This document shows positions 1 through 8,660 of a stretch of DNA of 64,000 bases, piece by piece. Positions within the stretch are counted from its first letter, which is position 1. Each line of letters begins with the position of its first letter. Below the pieces are notes generated by a model. The model ran no database searches. It saw nothing but the letters and a program-made list of their open reading frames with translations, and was not told where the DNA came from. A program made the translations under genes and the position numbers. Location: the NCBI GenBank assembly GCA_017484285.1, contig JAFUTH010000011.1:3127-67126 (forward strand), read 5' to 3'. The DNA is from Treponema sp. GTDB lineage: Bacteria > Spirochaetota > Spirochaetia > Treponematales > Treponemataceae.

Positions 1-737
1 GGTGAAGCGACGATGTTGAGCGTGTGGTCGCCGGCAGCACCCGGGATGAAGTAGTAGGTGCGGAGTGCGTTGTTCACGAAGGTTTTTGCGCCGTTAAGTG
101 TAGCGTCAGCATCTTGGATAACGTTTCCGAAGTAGTCGGTTACGGTGTAGTTCAAGTATGCTTTTCCAGGGAACTGAACGACGACATATTTGCCGTTTGC
201 AGTAACCGTAACGGTGTCTGCGCTCAAGGTGTTCTCTGGTTTGCTCAAGTCCGGATAAGATGTTGGTTCTGCTGTTCCGTTCCAGCCGTTCTCGTATTTT
301 GCCAAGTCAAGCGCGGCGGTGAGAACCGGTGCGGTGATTGCAGTCAACGTGACTGAGGTTGAGCTTTCGTTTGTTTTGACAGCTCGGCTTGTAAGCCCGT
401 TGCTTGCATTGTAAGCAAACACGGTGTAGGTGTACGACGCCTTGTTAATCAAGACCTCTGAATCTACGTAGTACAAGCTTGTAGTTGTAGCAAGTTTTAC
501 TTCAAGACCAGCCGAGTCTTTTCGGTAGATGGTGAATTTGTCCGCATTCTTTACGGCGTTCCATACCAAGATGTTCGCACCCGGGTATGCCTTTGCTGTT
601 ACAGACGGAGCTGAAAGGCTGACGATTGTGTCTGAGCTATACGATTCGTCAACATTGCTCAATCCATCACAGGCTGTAAAAAACGATGCCGTAAGCAACA
701 GTGCTGCTCCCGTCACCAAAGCCAAAATTTTCTTCAT
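1..737 (-). CDS. Surface lipoprotein with fibronectin-III-like domain (partial; runs off the window start; absent from ORF track)
   Basis: Manual translation from ATG 737: MKKILALVTGAALLLTASFFTAC|DGLSN... (lipobox FFTAC), SD GGAGG upstream, open to position 1. Segment LSAPSVTAKAYPGANILVWNAVKNADKFTIYRK...YVD...YTYTVFAYN is FN3-like. Confidence 0.8.
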   Translation of the reverse strand, partial: MKKILALVTGAALLLTASFFTACDGLSNVDESYSSDTIVSLSAPSVTAKAYPGANILVWNAVKNADKFTIYRKDSAGLEVKLATTTSLYYVDSEVLINKASYTYTVFAYNASNGLTSRAVKTNESSTSVTLTAITAPVLTAALDLAKYENGWNGTAEPTSYPDLSKPENTLSADTVTVTANGKYVVVQFPGKAYLNYTVTDYFGNVIQDADATLNGAKTFVNNALRTYYFIPGAAGDHTLNIVAS

Positions 738-895
738 AAAATCCTCCTAAGATTTTTGAATGTAATCTCTCACAGAGATTTGCGAAAAGTTTAAGGAGCA
801 TTTCAGAATCAGTCTTGAGTGTTACGCACGGTTTTTAAGAAAAAATTTATCTTTTTCTTAGATTTTTCTAAAAGACCCATGCTAAAATGGAGATT

Positions 896-1555
896 ATGGA
901 GAAATTGATTTTCATTTTTGAGCATCAAGAAGTCACCATCAACGGCATTGAACGGTGGTTTTCGTCCATCACAAAGTATCGTATCGCGGCAAAGGCTCGC
1001 ACGGTCGACAACGCGCTCAAGGTCATAGAGCAGGCGCACCTCAGCGAACATCAGTGCGCCGTCGCTATCATGGGGCTGTCGTTCCGTGGCACGGGCGAAG
1101 AGCCGAATGAGGACGGGCTTGCGATTCTTGAGGCAATAAAACGCTCCAAAAAGAACATTCGCGCGCTCATGTTCACGTCGCGCGATGCAGGCTGCCATGT
1201 GCGCAAGGTGATGTCGGAGCAGTACGGAGCGAAGGGCTTCGTCTCAAAGAACGCGGGGCGCGACACGTTGTTTGAGGCTCTTGAGGCGGTGTTCGAGGGA
1301 AAAACATATATCCAGCACGAGCTGAACGCAACGCTCAATGAGGTCAACAGTCTCTACGCCACCTTCACGCCAAAAGAGCGCACGATTCTACATGAGCTGC
1401 AACGCGGGCTGTCAAACCAGCAGGTCGCCGAGGAACTGGGGCTTTCGCTCCGCACGGTAGAAAATCATATCTCGCACATCTACACCAAAACGGGAGTAAA
1501 CGACAAGCATCTCCTCTTCATTAAAATAGGCATGGGGGGGGGTATAAATGTATAG
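896..1555 (+). CDS. NarL/LuxR-family regulator with atypical receiver domain
   Basis: C-terminal LuxR HTH (FTPKERTILHELQRGLSNQQVAEELGLSLRTVENHISHIYTKTGV). REC fold lacks the acidic pair (FEH) and the phospho-Asp (VAIMG). Start 896 preferred because ATG 887 overlaps the -10 box. Confidence 0.85.
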   Translation: MEKLIFIFEHQEVTINGIERWFSSITKYRIAAKARTVDNALKVIEQAHLSEHQCAVAIMGLSFRGTGEEPNEDGLAILEAIKRSKKNIRALMFTSRDAGCHVRKVMSEQYGAKGFVSKNAGRDTLFEALEAVFEGKTYIQHELNATLNEVNSLYATFTPKERTILHELQRGLSNQQVAEELGLSLRTVENHISHIYTKTGVNDKHLLFIKIGMGGGINV

Positions 1556-1607
1556 GTAATTTTTTTCTGTCCTTTTTAGAAAGCCTGTGTTACAATTATA
1601 AGCATCT

Positions 1608-2822
1608 ATGGACAATCAATCCCTTCAAGCCGCGACCGCGCTTTTTTACGTGTGCTTTGATTTATTCTGCGCCCTCATCATGGGCATTTTGCTCTATACG
1701 ACGCTCAGCGATGTCGAGCGCTCAAACAAGCGTGTTCATCTCACGAGAGTTCTCATCACGGTCATTCTGTACTGCGTTGTGGATTCCATTTGGATGCTCG
1801 CATACAGCGACTACAAGATTCCCCGCACGGTCGTAAGCCGCTACCTCACCAATATCATCATGTACACGGTCATGGCAATCTGCGCGTACACAATCAGCCG
1901 TTTTTTGTTCTCCATTTGGGAATCGGTCAGCCCCAAAAAAACGCTCATCAGAAATCTGATTTTCACGCCGTTCGCGCTCGCGCTGCTCGCCATCTTCACC
2001 ACGTGCTGGACTCACCTCGTTTTTTCAATCGACGAGGGCGGCAATCTCGTGAAGGGCGCGCTCTATCTTCCGCTCATGATTCTGCTGTTTGGCTACGTGA
2101 TTGTGTTCGGCGCAACATCGCTCGGCTTTTTCTTTAGCACGCAGAACGACTTTGCAAAAGAGCAGTATTTTTTGGTCGCCATTTATACGGTGCCTGTCAT
2201 TGTGGGGGCGCTCGTGCACTACTTCTACTGGAGCATTCCGTCGTTCGCGATTGGCTTTACGGTGGCAACGCTCATCATCTATATCTTCCAGATGCGCGAC
2301 TTGATTTCACTCGACGCGCTCACGGGCATCAGCAACCGCCGTCAGGGTGAGCGGTTCTTCCTTGAGCAAATCAAGCAGATAAACGAGTCACCGTACACGA
2401 GAATGGAATGTCTCTATCTCTTTATGATGGATTTAAACAAATTCAAGGCAATCAACGACACGTACGGCCACACGGAAGGCGACCGCGCGCTCGTTGCCAC
2501 GGCGGAAGTGCTCAAAGAAGCGTGCGCCCATATCCGCAGGCGATGCATTATGAGCCGCTTCGGTGGCGATGAATTTGTGATTGGCGTCATGTTCACGCCC
2601 GACGAAGCGCAAATACTGAGCGACAAAATCTACGACCTCATCGAAAAAAAGAACGCAGAGCTCAACGCCCCGTACAAAATCTCAATCAGCGTGGGCTACA
2701 CCTATTACAAAAAGAGTTTCGCCGATTTCAGAACGTTCCTCTCGAATGCAGACAAGCTCATGTATGAAATGAAAGCCATCGTGCACCGAGAAGATAAGCT
2801 CAACGGCGACGATGAACGATAA
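1608..2822 (+). CDS. Membrane-bound diguanylate cyclase (multi-TM sensor + GGDEF)
   Basis: About 7 hydrophobic helices, then DALTGISNRR, MMDLNKFKAINDTYGHTEGD and intact RFGGDEF. No RxxD I-site upstream of the motif. Confidence 0.92.
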   Translation: MDNQSLQAATALFYVCFDLFCALIMGILLYTTLSDVERSNKRVHLTRVLITVILYCVVDSIWMLAYSDYKIPRTVVSRYLTNIIMYTVMAICAYTISRFLFSIWESVSPKKTLIRNLIFTPFALALLAIFTTCWTHLVFSIDEGGNLVKGALYLPLMILLFGYVIVFGATSLGFFFSTQNDFAKEQYFLVAIYTVPVIVGALVHYFYWSIPSFAIGFTVATLIIYIFQMRDLISLDALTGISNRRQGERFFLEQIKQINESPYTRMECLYLFMMDLNKFKAINDTYGHTEGDRALVATAEVLKEACAHIRRRCIMSRFGGDEFVIGVMFTPDEAQILSDKIYDLIEKKNAELNAPYKISISVGYTYYKKSFADFRTFLSNADKLMYEMKAIVHREDKLNGDDER

Positions 2823-2866
2823 CCGCCGCCGCACTCGAGTAAGCTATTCGCCGTCGCTTGAATGAA

Positions 2867-3151
2867 CTAATCCGCAGCTTTTACGAGGAAGAGCTTTATG
2901 CCCTCGCCCGAGAATTTTTCTTTCACTGCTTTTATAATCGCTTTGAGCGTTTTGACTTTTTCGTCAGCAATGTAGCTTACGAGCACAAAATTCGTCTCGG
3001 GCCAGGTGGCGCTTCCCATCTTGTAGGAATTTTTTCCGCGTCCGACCGCCATCGGAATAATCGTGTACAGCACGTCGGGAATATGCTCTTCCATAAGCCC
3101 GACGATTTCGTCCTGCACGGACTGATTGGCGATAATCTCACATCTCGTCAT
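2867..3151 (-). CDS. PII-like transporter-associated protein (PG0541-like)
   Basis: 94 aa, GlnB-like pattern (YTIIPMAVGRGKNSYKMGSATWPETNFVLVSY), 1 nt downstream of the RND gene. Confidence 0.65.
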   Translation of the reverse strand: MTRCEIIANQSVQDEIVGLMEEHIPDVLYTIIPMAVGRGKNSYKMGSATWPETNFVLVSYIADEKVKTLKAIIKAVKEKFSGEGIKLFLVKAAD

Positions 3152-3152
3152 G

Positions 3153-6100
3153 TTATTCCTCCGTCAAAAGCACTTGAATCTTTGACTTATGCACGCGTTT
3201 TTCTTTCATCATGAGTGAGTAGAGAACGGGGATAAAGAAGAGCGTGATAAAGGTAGAACTCGTTAAGCCGCCGACGACCGCAACGCCGATTGGCTGCACC
3301 ATGCCCGCGCTTCCCGTCGTAGCAAAGCACATCGGAATCATGCCGAGAATCGTGGTGAGCGTGGTCATCAAAACGGGGCGCAATCGGCTCGTGCCCGCTT
3401 CGAGACAGGCTTCCTTCATTTTGTAGCCACGGTCAATGAGCAAATTCGTATAGTCAACGAGGATGATTCCGTTGTTGACGACGATGCCAACGAGCATAAT
3501 CAAGCCAACTGCGCTCATCATGCTGAACGCCTGCCCGCTTATCTTGTAGACGAACACCACGCCCACAATGAGGAACGGAATCGTCATCAGGTTGATGAAC
3601 GGGGCTTTAAAGCTCTCGTATGTGCCCGCCATTACGCCAAAGACGAGCAAAATCGCCATGATGATAATCAAGCCGTACACCTGCCCTTGCTCCTGCGTGT
3701 CCTTCCAGTTGCCTTCGTATGAAATCGTCACGCCGTCAGGCACGATAAAGGTCTCCGCGATGCCCGCCTTGATGTCGTCCTCAACTTCGTAGTCGTTTCG
3801 CTTTCCGTTGTTGTCCGCGCTTACGGTAACGACGCGCGTTTGGTTCGCACGGCGGATTGAAACGGGCCCCAAGCCTTTGACGACACGCGCAAAATTCGCG
3901 ACACTCACTTTTCCGCCCGAGCCGTTCACATAAATCTGCTCCAAGTCGGAAACGCTCTGCCGGTCGCCCTTTTGGTAGAGCAACACCATGTCGTATTCTT
4001 TGCCGTCCTGCCGGTACGTGGTCGCCGTGACGCCGTTAATCGCGTAATTGATTTCTTTTGCAACCGTGGTAACGTCAACGCCGAACGAGTATGCGCGCTG
4101 TCGGTCAATCTCAATCTCAACTTCGGGCAAGCCCTCTTCGGTGTCAATCGAAACTTCGCCGATGTCGGAAATGCTTTCCATGACGGAGCGCACTTGAGAC
4201 GCTACTTTGAGCGCCGCGTCCAAGTCATCGGAGCGGATTTTGAGTTTGAATGACGAGCCGGTCATCTGCCGCATCATGCCCTGAGAGAAGTTAAAGCGCG
4301 CGTCGGTAAAATCGCCGAAGTGAGCGCGGAGTTTTTGCTGAATCGTCTCCGCAGTGTCAATCTGCTCTTCGCTTGACGGAAGATTGATTTGAATCGAGCC
4401 TTTGTATGAGTTTCCGCCTGCGCCCGAGCCTGTTCCAATCGACGTGATGAGCGTCGTGTAGCCCTTGATTTCTTCTTCGCAGATTTTCTCAAACGTCTTG
4501 ATGACCGCCGTGGTTTCGCTCAGCGTCGTTCCAATCGGCATCGTCACATTCATCGTTACGCTGTCATCGCTTCCGCCCGTCATCATCTGCACGCGCAAGG
4601 TGGGAATAAAGACGAACGCCATCAAAAGCACGGAAAAACAGACAATGCACGTGGTGATTCGGTGGTTCAACGCTGCGCTCAGTGCCTTTCGGTACGCCGC
4701 GGTGAGTTTTACGAGCGGAATTTCAAGAATCTCGTAGAATTTTCGCAAGGGTTTGAACTGCACGGGCTTTTCGAGCCGGTTTGTGAGCGGAAAGAATTTA
4801 CCCGCAAGCACGGGAACAAGGAAAATCGCGACGAAGAGCGAAGAAACGAGCGCGATGACGACCGTAAAAATCATGCCCTTGAACATCTGCCCCATCATGC
4901 CCAAGTCTTTCATAAAGAACAGGAACGGAATAAAGACGCAGATAGTCGTGAGGTTTCCCGAAATGACTGACATGACCATTTCCTGAGAGCCGAGCACCGC
5001 CGCCACTTTTGGCTGCGCGCCGCGCGTTCGGTACACGTAGATGTTCTCAATCATAACGATGGACGCGTCGACTATCATGCCGACACCCAAAATCAAGCCC
5101 GTAAGCGTCATCATGTTGAGCGTAAGCCCCGCAAAATTCATGCACAAGAGCGTAATGACCATCGAGAGCGGGATTGAAATCGCGATAATCATCGTGGATT
5201 TGCCCGACTTTAGGAACAGGAACAAAATGATGACCGCGAGCAAGAGACCCGTGTACGCCGATTCAATGAGCGTGTTAATCGTGTCGTTAATCGATGTGGA
5301 AGAATCGCGGATAACTTCAAGCCGAATGTCGCTCGGAAGGCTTTCCTGGATTTCAGCGAGTTTTTCGCGCGTTGCCGCCGCCACCGTGACGGTATTTTTG
5401 CCTGACTGCTTCGTAATGCTCACGTACACGCCCGGCTGTCCGTTGATGTAGACTTCGCTCGATTTATCCTTGTAGCCCAGGTACGCCGTGCCGATGTCGC
5501 TCAGTTTTACGCCATAGCCGTTGAGCGTGGTGATAATCGTGTCGTTCACTTCGTCGATGCTCGAGAATTCGCCCGTCGTGCGGATGGTGTAGTCGTGCGT
5601 GCCCTCGGTGATTTTTCCGCCGCCAAGCTCGAGGTTTTGCTTGGCGAGCGCAGAATACACTCCCGCCATCGTAAGCCCGTAGGCGGCAAGGCGGTTCTGC
5701 GAAATGTCCACGCGCACGATTTTGTCGCGCCCGCCCGACACGCTCGCCTCAGCAACGCCGTCAACTTGCTCAAAAAGGTCGACGATTTGGTCTTCGGCGA
5801 TTTGCTTTAGGTCGTCGTTCGAGCGGTTTCCGCGCACCGCAATGCGCATAATCGGCATGGAGTCGCTGTCCATCTTAAAAATCGTCGGAGTGCCCGCGTC
5901 GTCAGGCAAATTGCGCGTAACGCGGCTGATTTTGTCTCGAATGTCGTTCGTGGCAGAATCCAAGTCCGTGCCGTAATTGAATTCAAGCGAGATTGAAGAA
6001 GAGCCTGAAGAAGATGTGGAAGTGAGATTTTTGAGTCCGCTCACCGAAACGAGCTGCCCTTCAAGCACCTTCGTGACGGATTTTTCGACCGACTCAGGCC

Positions 6101-6263
6101 CTGCGTTCGTGTATGTGGTTCGCACCGTGATGTACGGAGAGTCGACATCCGGCATCAAACTGATTGCGACATTTTTGAGCGTAAACACGCCCATAATCAA
6201 CAGCAGCACAAAGACAATCAGCGTAAGGACAGGGTGGTCGAGTGTTTTTTTAGAAATGCTCAT
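3153..6263 (-). CDS. RND efflux permease (AcrB/AcrD/AcrF family)
   Basis: 1036 aa with two large periplasmic loops. TM4 GMIVDASIVMIEN, TM10 GIVVNNGIILVD, TM11 RLRPVLMTTLTT. Confidence 0.95.
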   Translation of the reverse strand: MSISKKTLDHPVLTLIVFVLLLIMGVFTLKNVAISLMPDVDSPYITVRTTYTNAGPESVEKSVTKVLEGQLVSVSGLKNLTSTSSSGSSSISLEFNYGTDLDSATNDIRDKISRVTRNLPDDAGTPTIFKMDSDSMPIMRIAVRGNRSNDDLKQIAEDQIVDLFEQVDGVAEASVSGGRDKIVRVDISQNRLAAYGLTMAGVYSALAKQNLELGGGKITEGTHDYTIRTTGEFSSIDEVNDTIITTLNGYGVKLSDIGTAYLGYKDKSSEVYINGQPGVYVSITKQSGKNTVTVAAATREKLAEIQESLPSDIRLEVIRDSSTSINDTINTLIESAYTGLLLAVIILFLFLKSGKSTMIIAISIPLSMVITLLCMNFAGLTLNMMTLTGLILGVGMIVDASIVMIENIYVYRTRGAQPKVAAVLGSQEMVMSVISGNLTTICVFIPFLFFMKDLGMMGQMFKGMIFTVVIALVSSLFVAIFLVPVLAGKFFPLTNRLEKPVQFKPLRKFYEILEIPLVKLTAAYRKALSAALNHRITTCIVCFSVLLMAFVFIPTLRVQMMTGGSDDSVTMNVTMPIGTTLSETTAVIKTFEKICEEEIKGYTTLITSIGTGSGAGGNSYKGSIQINLPSSEEQIDTAETIQQKLRAHFGDFTDARFNFSQGMMRQMTGSSFKLKIRSDDLDAALKVASQVRSVMESISDIGEVSIDTEEGLPEVEIEIDRQRAYSFGVDVTTVAKEINYAINGVTATTYRQDGKEYDMVLLYQKGDRQSVSDLEQIYVNGSGGKVSVANFARVVKGLGPVSIRRANQTRVVTVSADNNGKRNDYEVEDDIKAGIAETFIVPDGVTISYEGNWKDTQEQGQVYGLIIIMAILLVFGVMAGTYESFKAPFINLMTIPFLIVGVVFVYKISGQAFSMMSAVGLIMLVGIVVNNGIILVDYTNLLIDRGYKMKEACLEAGTSRLRPVLMTTLTTILGMIPMCFATTGSAGMVQPIGVAVVGGLTSSTFITLFFIPVLYSLMMKEKRVHKSKIQVLLTEE

Positions 6264-7216
6264 TTTTTCTGCACTCCGTTCGTGATGTCTTGAATCTTCG
6301 AGCCATCACCGAGTGAGGTCTGACCTTGCACAACGACTCGTTCACCGGCACTCACGCCGTCAAGAATCTGCACCACTCCGTCGACGCTCTTTCCGCGCGT
6401 GACTTTGCGCTTTGAGACCGTTGCGTCGTCGTTCACCACGTAGGCAAAATAATCGTCGCCGTTCTGAACGAGCGAGTCGCTTGGCATGACAACAGCGCCC
6501 GTGTAGTCTTCGGTAAACAGCTTGACCTTGCCGAACATGCCCGCGTTGATTCGCTCATCTTTTTCGTCAAAATGGAGAATCACTTCCTTTGTGCGGCTCG
6601 TCGTGTCGACCACCGGGCTTACGCGCGTGACCGTCGCTTTAAAAACAACGTCGGGGTATGCCTCAACCGTGATGTCAGCTTTTAGCCCCTTTTTGAGCAC
6701 TGAGACATAGCGCTCAGGAATATCCGCGCTCACCTGCAAATTTGAAATATCACCGATAATCGCAATCGCCGTGCTCGTTGAGACCGTCGTGCCGTTTTTG
6801 AGCGGCGTTGAAATGACACTTCCCGAAATCGGCGCATAGACCGGGCTTTTTTTGTAATACTGACCGGGCGCGCTCGGGTCTACATAGGCGATAATGTCGC
6901 CGCGACGCACAGGAGAGCCGAGCATGACGTTCGTCTCCATGACTTTGCCCGACGCATCGGGGAACACGTTGACAGAGTTTTCGCTTTCAATCTCGCCGTT
7001 CGTTGAGATGTAGCCGTGAAGCGTCGTCTCTTCAAGCACCTGCGTTTTGACCGACACGACCGTGTTTCCGCCGCCCCGACCGCCTTTCTTAAAGCCGCCC
7101 GCCTGATTTCCACCAGACTGCTTTTTTGCAACAACAACGCAGAGAACGAGCAGCAGAAGAACCGCACCAGCCACGATTTTTGGCTTCATCGATTTAGATT
7201 TTTCTTTTTCGTCCAT
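6260..7216 (-). CDS. RND periplasmic adaptor (membrane fusion protein)
   Basis: N-terminal TM anchor, lipoyl halves (VFPDASGKV...VRRGDIIA; VYAPISGSV), VSPVVDTTSRT. Start chosen at ATG 7216 with GGAG SD; the track starts at TTG 7246. Confidence 0.9.
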   Translation of the reverse strand: MDEKEKSKSMKPKIVAGAVLLLLVLCVVVAKKQSGGNQAGGFKKGGRGGGNTVVSVKTQVLEETTLHGYISTNGEIESENSVNVFPDASGKVMETNVMLGSPVRRGDIIAYVDPSAPGQYYKKSPVYAPISGSVISTPLKNGTTVSTSTAIAIIGDISNLQVSADIPERYVSVLKKGLKADITVEAYPDVVFKATVTRVSPVVDTTSRTKEVILHFDEKDERINAGMFGKVKLFTEDYTGAVVMPSDSLVQNGDDYFAYVVNDDATVSKRKVTRGKSVDGVVQILDGVSAGERVVVQGQTSLGDGSKIQDITNGVQKK

Positions 7217-7238
7217 ATCAACAAACTCCATTATGTTA

Positions 7239-7272
7239 GTTTTCAATTTTCCGTTTTCAAATTTCCGTTTCC
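7239..7272 (-). repeat. Heptamer array at tolC-MFP junction
   Basis: GGAAAC GGAAATT TGAAAAC GGAAAAT TGAAAAC; encodes the TolC tail GNGNLKTEN and its stop codon. Confidence 0.7.
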
Positions 7273-8598
7273 CAGCGTGCCAAACGGAACGCCGATTGTA
7301 TTCTCCAAATTCAAAATCGCCCTGATGAGCGTGAGCGTTTCGCTTTTGAGCGAGACTTGTGCATTCAAGAGCGACGTATTCGCGTCTTGCAACGTGAGCA
7401 AATCTTTGGTACCACGGTTGTACGCCTCCTGCGTCATGTCGTATGTTTTTTGCGCCAACGCGACGTTTGCCTGTTTGTATTGGATTGATTCTTGGCTCTG
7501 CCGGATTGAGCGAAGGCTTGAGTCGACCGTGCGCTTTAAGTTCTTCATTTCGTTGTCAAGCTGAAGCTCCAAGTCTTTTACCGTGTCTTCGGCACTGTCA
7601 ATCGCATCGTTGCGGCTCGACCAGGGGAGCACGCCGTCGAGCGGAATCGTCGCCGAGAGCGTAAGGGCGGTCGTCTTTGTGGCGTCTGGAGCCGTGCCGT
7701 CGTAGCCGAGATACCAGCTTTGGTCGCGCCAGGTGAGCGATGCGCTCAAACTCGGTGCGAATGCGGAAAATCGCTTGTCCAAGACACTGTTTTTCGCAGT
7801 CGCGAGCTTGTATTCAAGCAATTTGATAGATGATGACTGCACGTCCTTCATGTCGACGTCGATTTTATTCAGCGTGAGCACGTCGTCGAGCGAGCCGGAA
7901 AGCTCAATGCGCTCGTCAATCGGAAGCCCGAGCATCTGCTTGAACTCAGCCAAATCGTTCAAAAACGTCGTGCGCGCGCTTCCGACCGTGGGAATCTTGC
8001 TCTTGTAGTTGACTTCCGCAGAAAGCACGTCGATTTCGCTCAAGCGTCCCTGATTGTACTTTGCGAGGTTGTTGTTATACTGCGTCTTTGCGATTTCAAG
8101 GTTCTGCTCTTGCAGCGTGATGTTTTCTTTTTCGTACAAAAGCCCGTAGAATGCCTCGCGCACGCTCAGCTCCACGGATTTTACCGCATCGTCAAAATTG
8201 AGCTTTCCCGACTCATAGGCAATCTTTGCGCTCTGCATCGATGTGTACAGATTTGCCGAAAGCGAGAGAGAAAGCGTCGCCGAAACACCGAACGAAGCCG
8301 CGTAGCCCGCATCGTTGTCGCTCAAGGCATCAATCGGAACAGAAGATGACGCACTCACGCTCGCCGTGGGGCTTACGCTGTTCCATGAATGGTCTTTTGT
8401 TCGCTTTGCCGCATCAAGCGTAATCTGCTCGCGAGCAAGGGAAACGTTATTCTTTTTGGCGAGTGCGACCGCATCATCGATTGAAAGCGTGGTCGCAGTC
8501 TCTCGTGCTGTGGACGAACGCTGTTCGCCTTCCTGTGCACCGAGCAGTGCCACAGACGTAAAGAAAATCGCCGACAGTATAGATAAGTGCTTTCTCAT
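7243..8598 (-). CDS. tolC: TolC-family outer membrane efflux protein
   Basis: Signal peptide and two OEP-like repeats (LSIDDAVALAKKNN; YNQGRLSEIDVL; YNRGTKDLLTLQDA). First gene of a TolC-MFP-RND operon. Confidence 0.88.
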   Translation of the reverse strand: MRKHLSILSAIFFTSVALLGAQEGEQRSSTARETATTLSIDDAVALAKKNNVSLAREQITLDAAKRTKDHSWNSVSPTASVSASSSVPIDALSDNDAGYAASFGVSATLSLSLSANLYTSMQSAKIAYESGKLNFDDAVKSVELSVREAFYGLLYEKENITLQEQNLEIAKTQYNNNLAKYNQGRLSEIDVLSAEVNYKSKIPTVGSARTTFLNDLAEFKQMLGLPIDERIELSGSLDDVLTLNKIDVDMKDVQSSSIKLLEYKLATAKNSVLDKRFSAFAPSLSASLTWRDQSWYLGYDGTAPDATKTTALTLSATIPLDGVLPWSSRNDAIDSAEDTVKDLELQLDNEMKNLKRTVDSSLRSIRQSQESIQYKQANVALAQKTYDMTQEAYNRGTKDLLTLQDANTSLLNAQVSLKSETLTLIRAILNLENTIGVPFGTLGNGNLKTEN

Positions 8599-8606
8599 AC
8601 ACTCTT

Positions 8607-8635
8607 ATAATATCGGCGACTATCAAAAGTTTCAA
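8607..8635 (-). promoter_or_regulatory. Sigma70-type promoter of tolC operon (near-leaderless)
   Basis: TTGAAA-17 nt-TATTAT, 8 nt before ATG 8598. Confidence 0.6.
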
Positions 8636-8660
8636 AAAAATCTTGTTATATAAAGGGAAA

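Noticed and set aside
896-1555. VpsT/CsgD-type c-di-GMP binding motif in the LuxR protein
   Set aside because: The equivalent position reads GKTYIQHEL, not W[F/L/M][T/S]R. The MFTSR sequence is the ordinary beta4 strand.
3153-6263. Altered RND proton-relay residues (VDAS, VNNG versus AcrB VDDA, AKN)
   Set aside because: This pattern is common in non-AcrB RND subfamilies, and the TM11 Arg/Thr are kept, so it is not evidence of inactivity.
8605-8618. Sigma28-like GCCGATAT upstream of tolC
   Set aside because: No properly spaced TAAA, and a well-spaced sigma70 pair explains the same bases.
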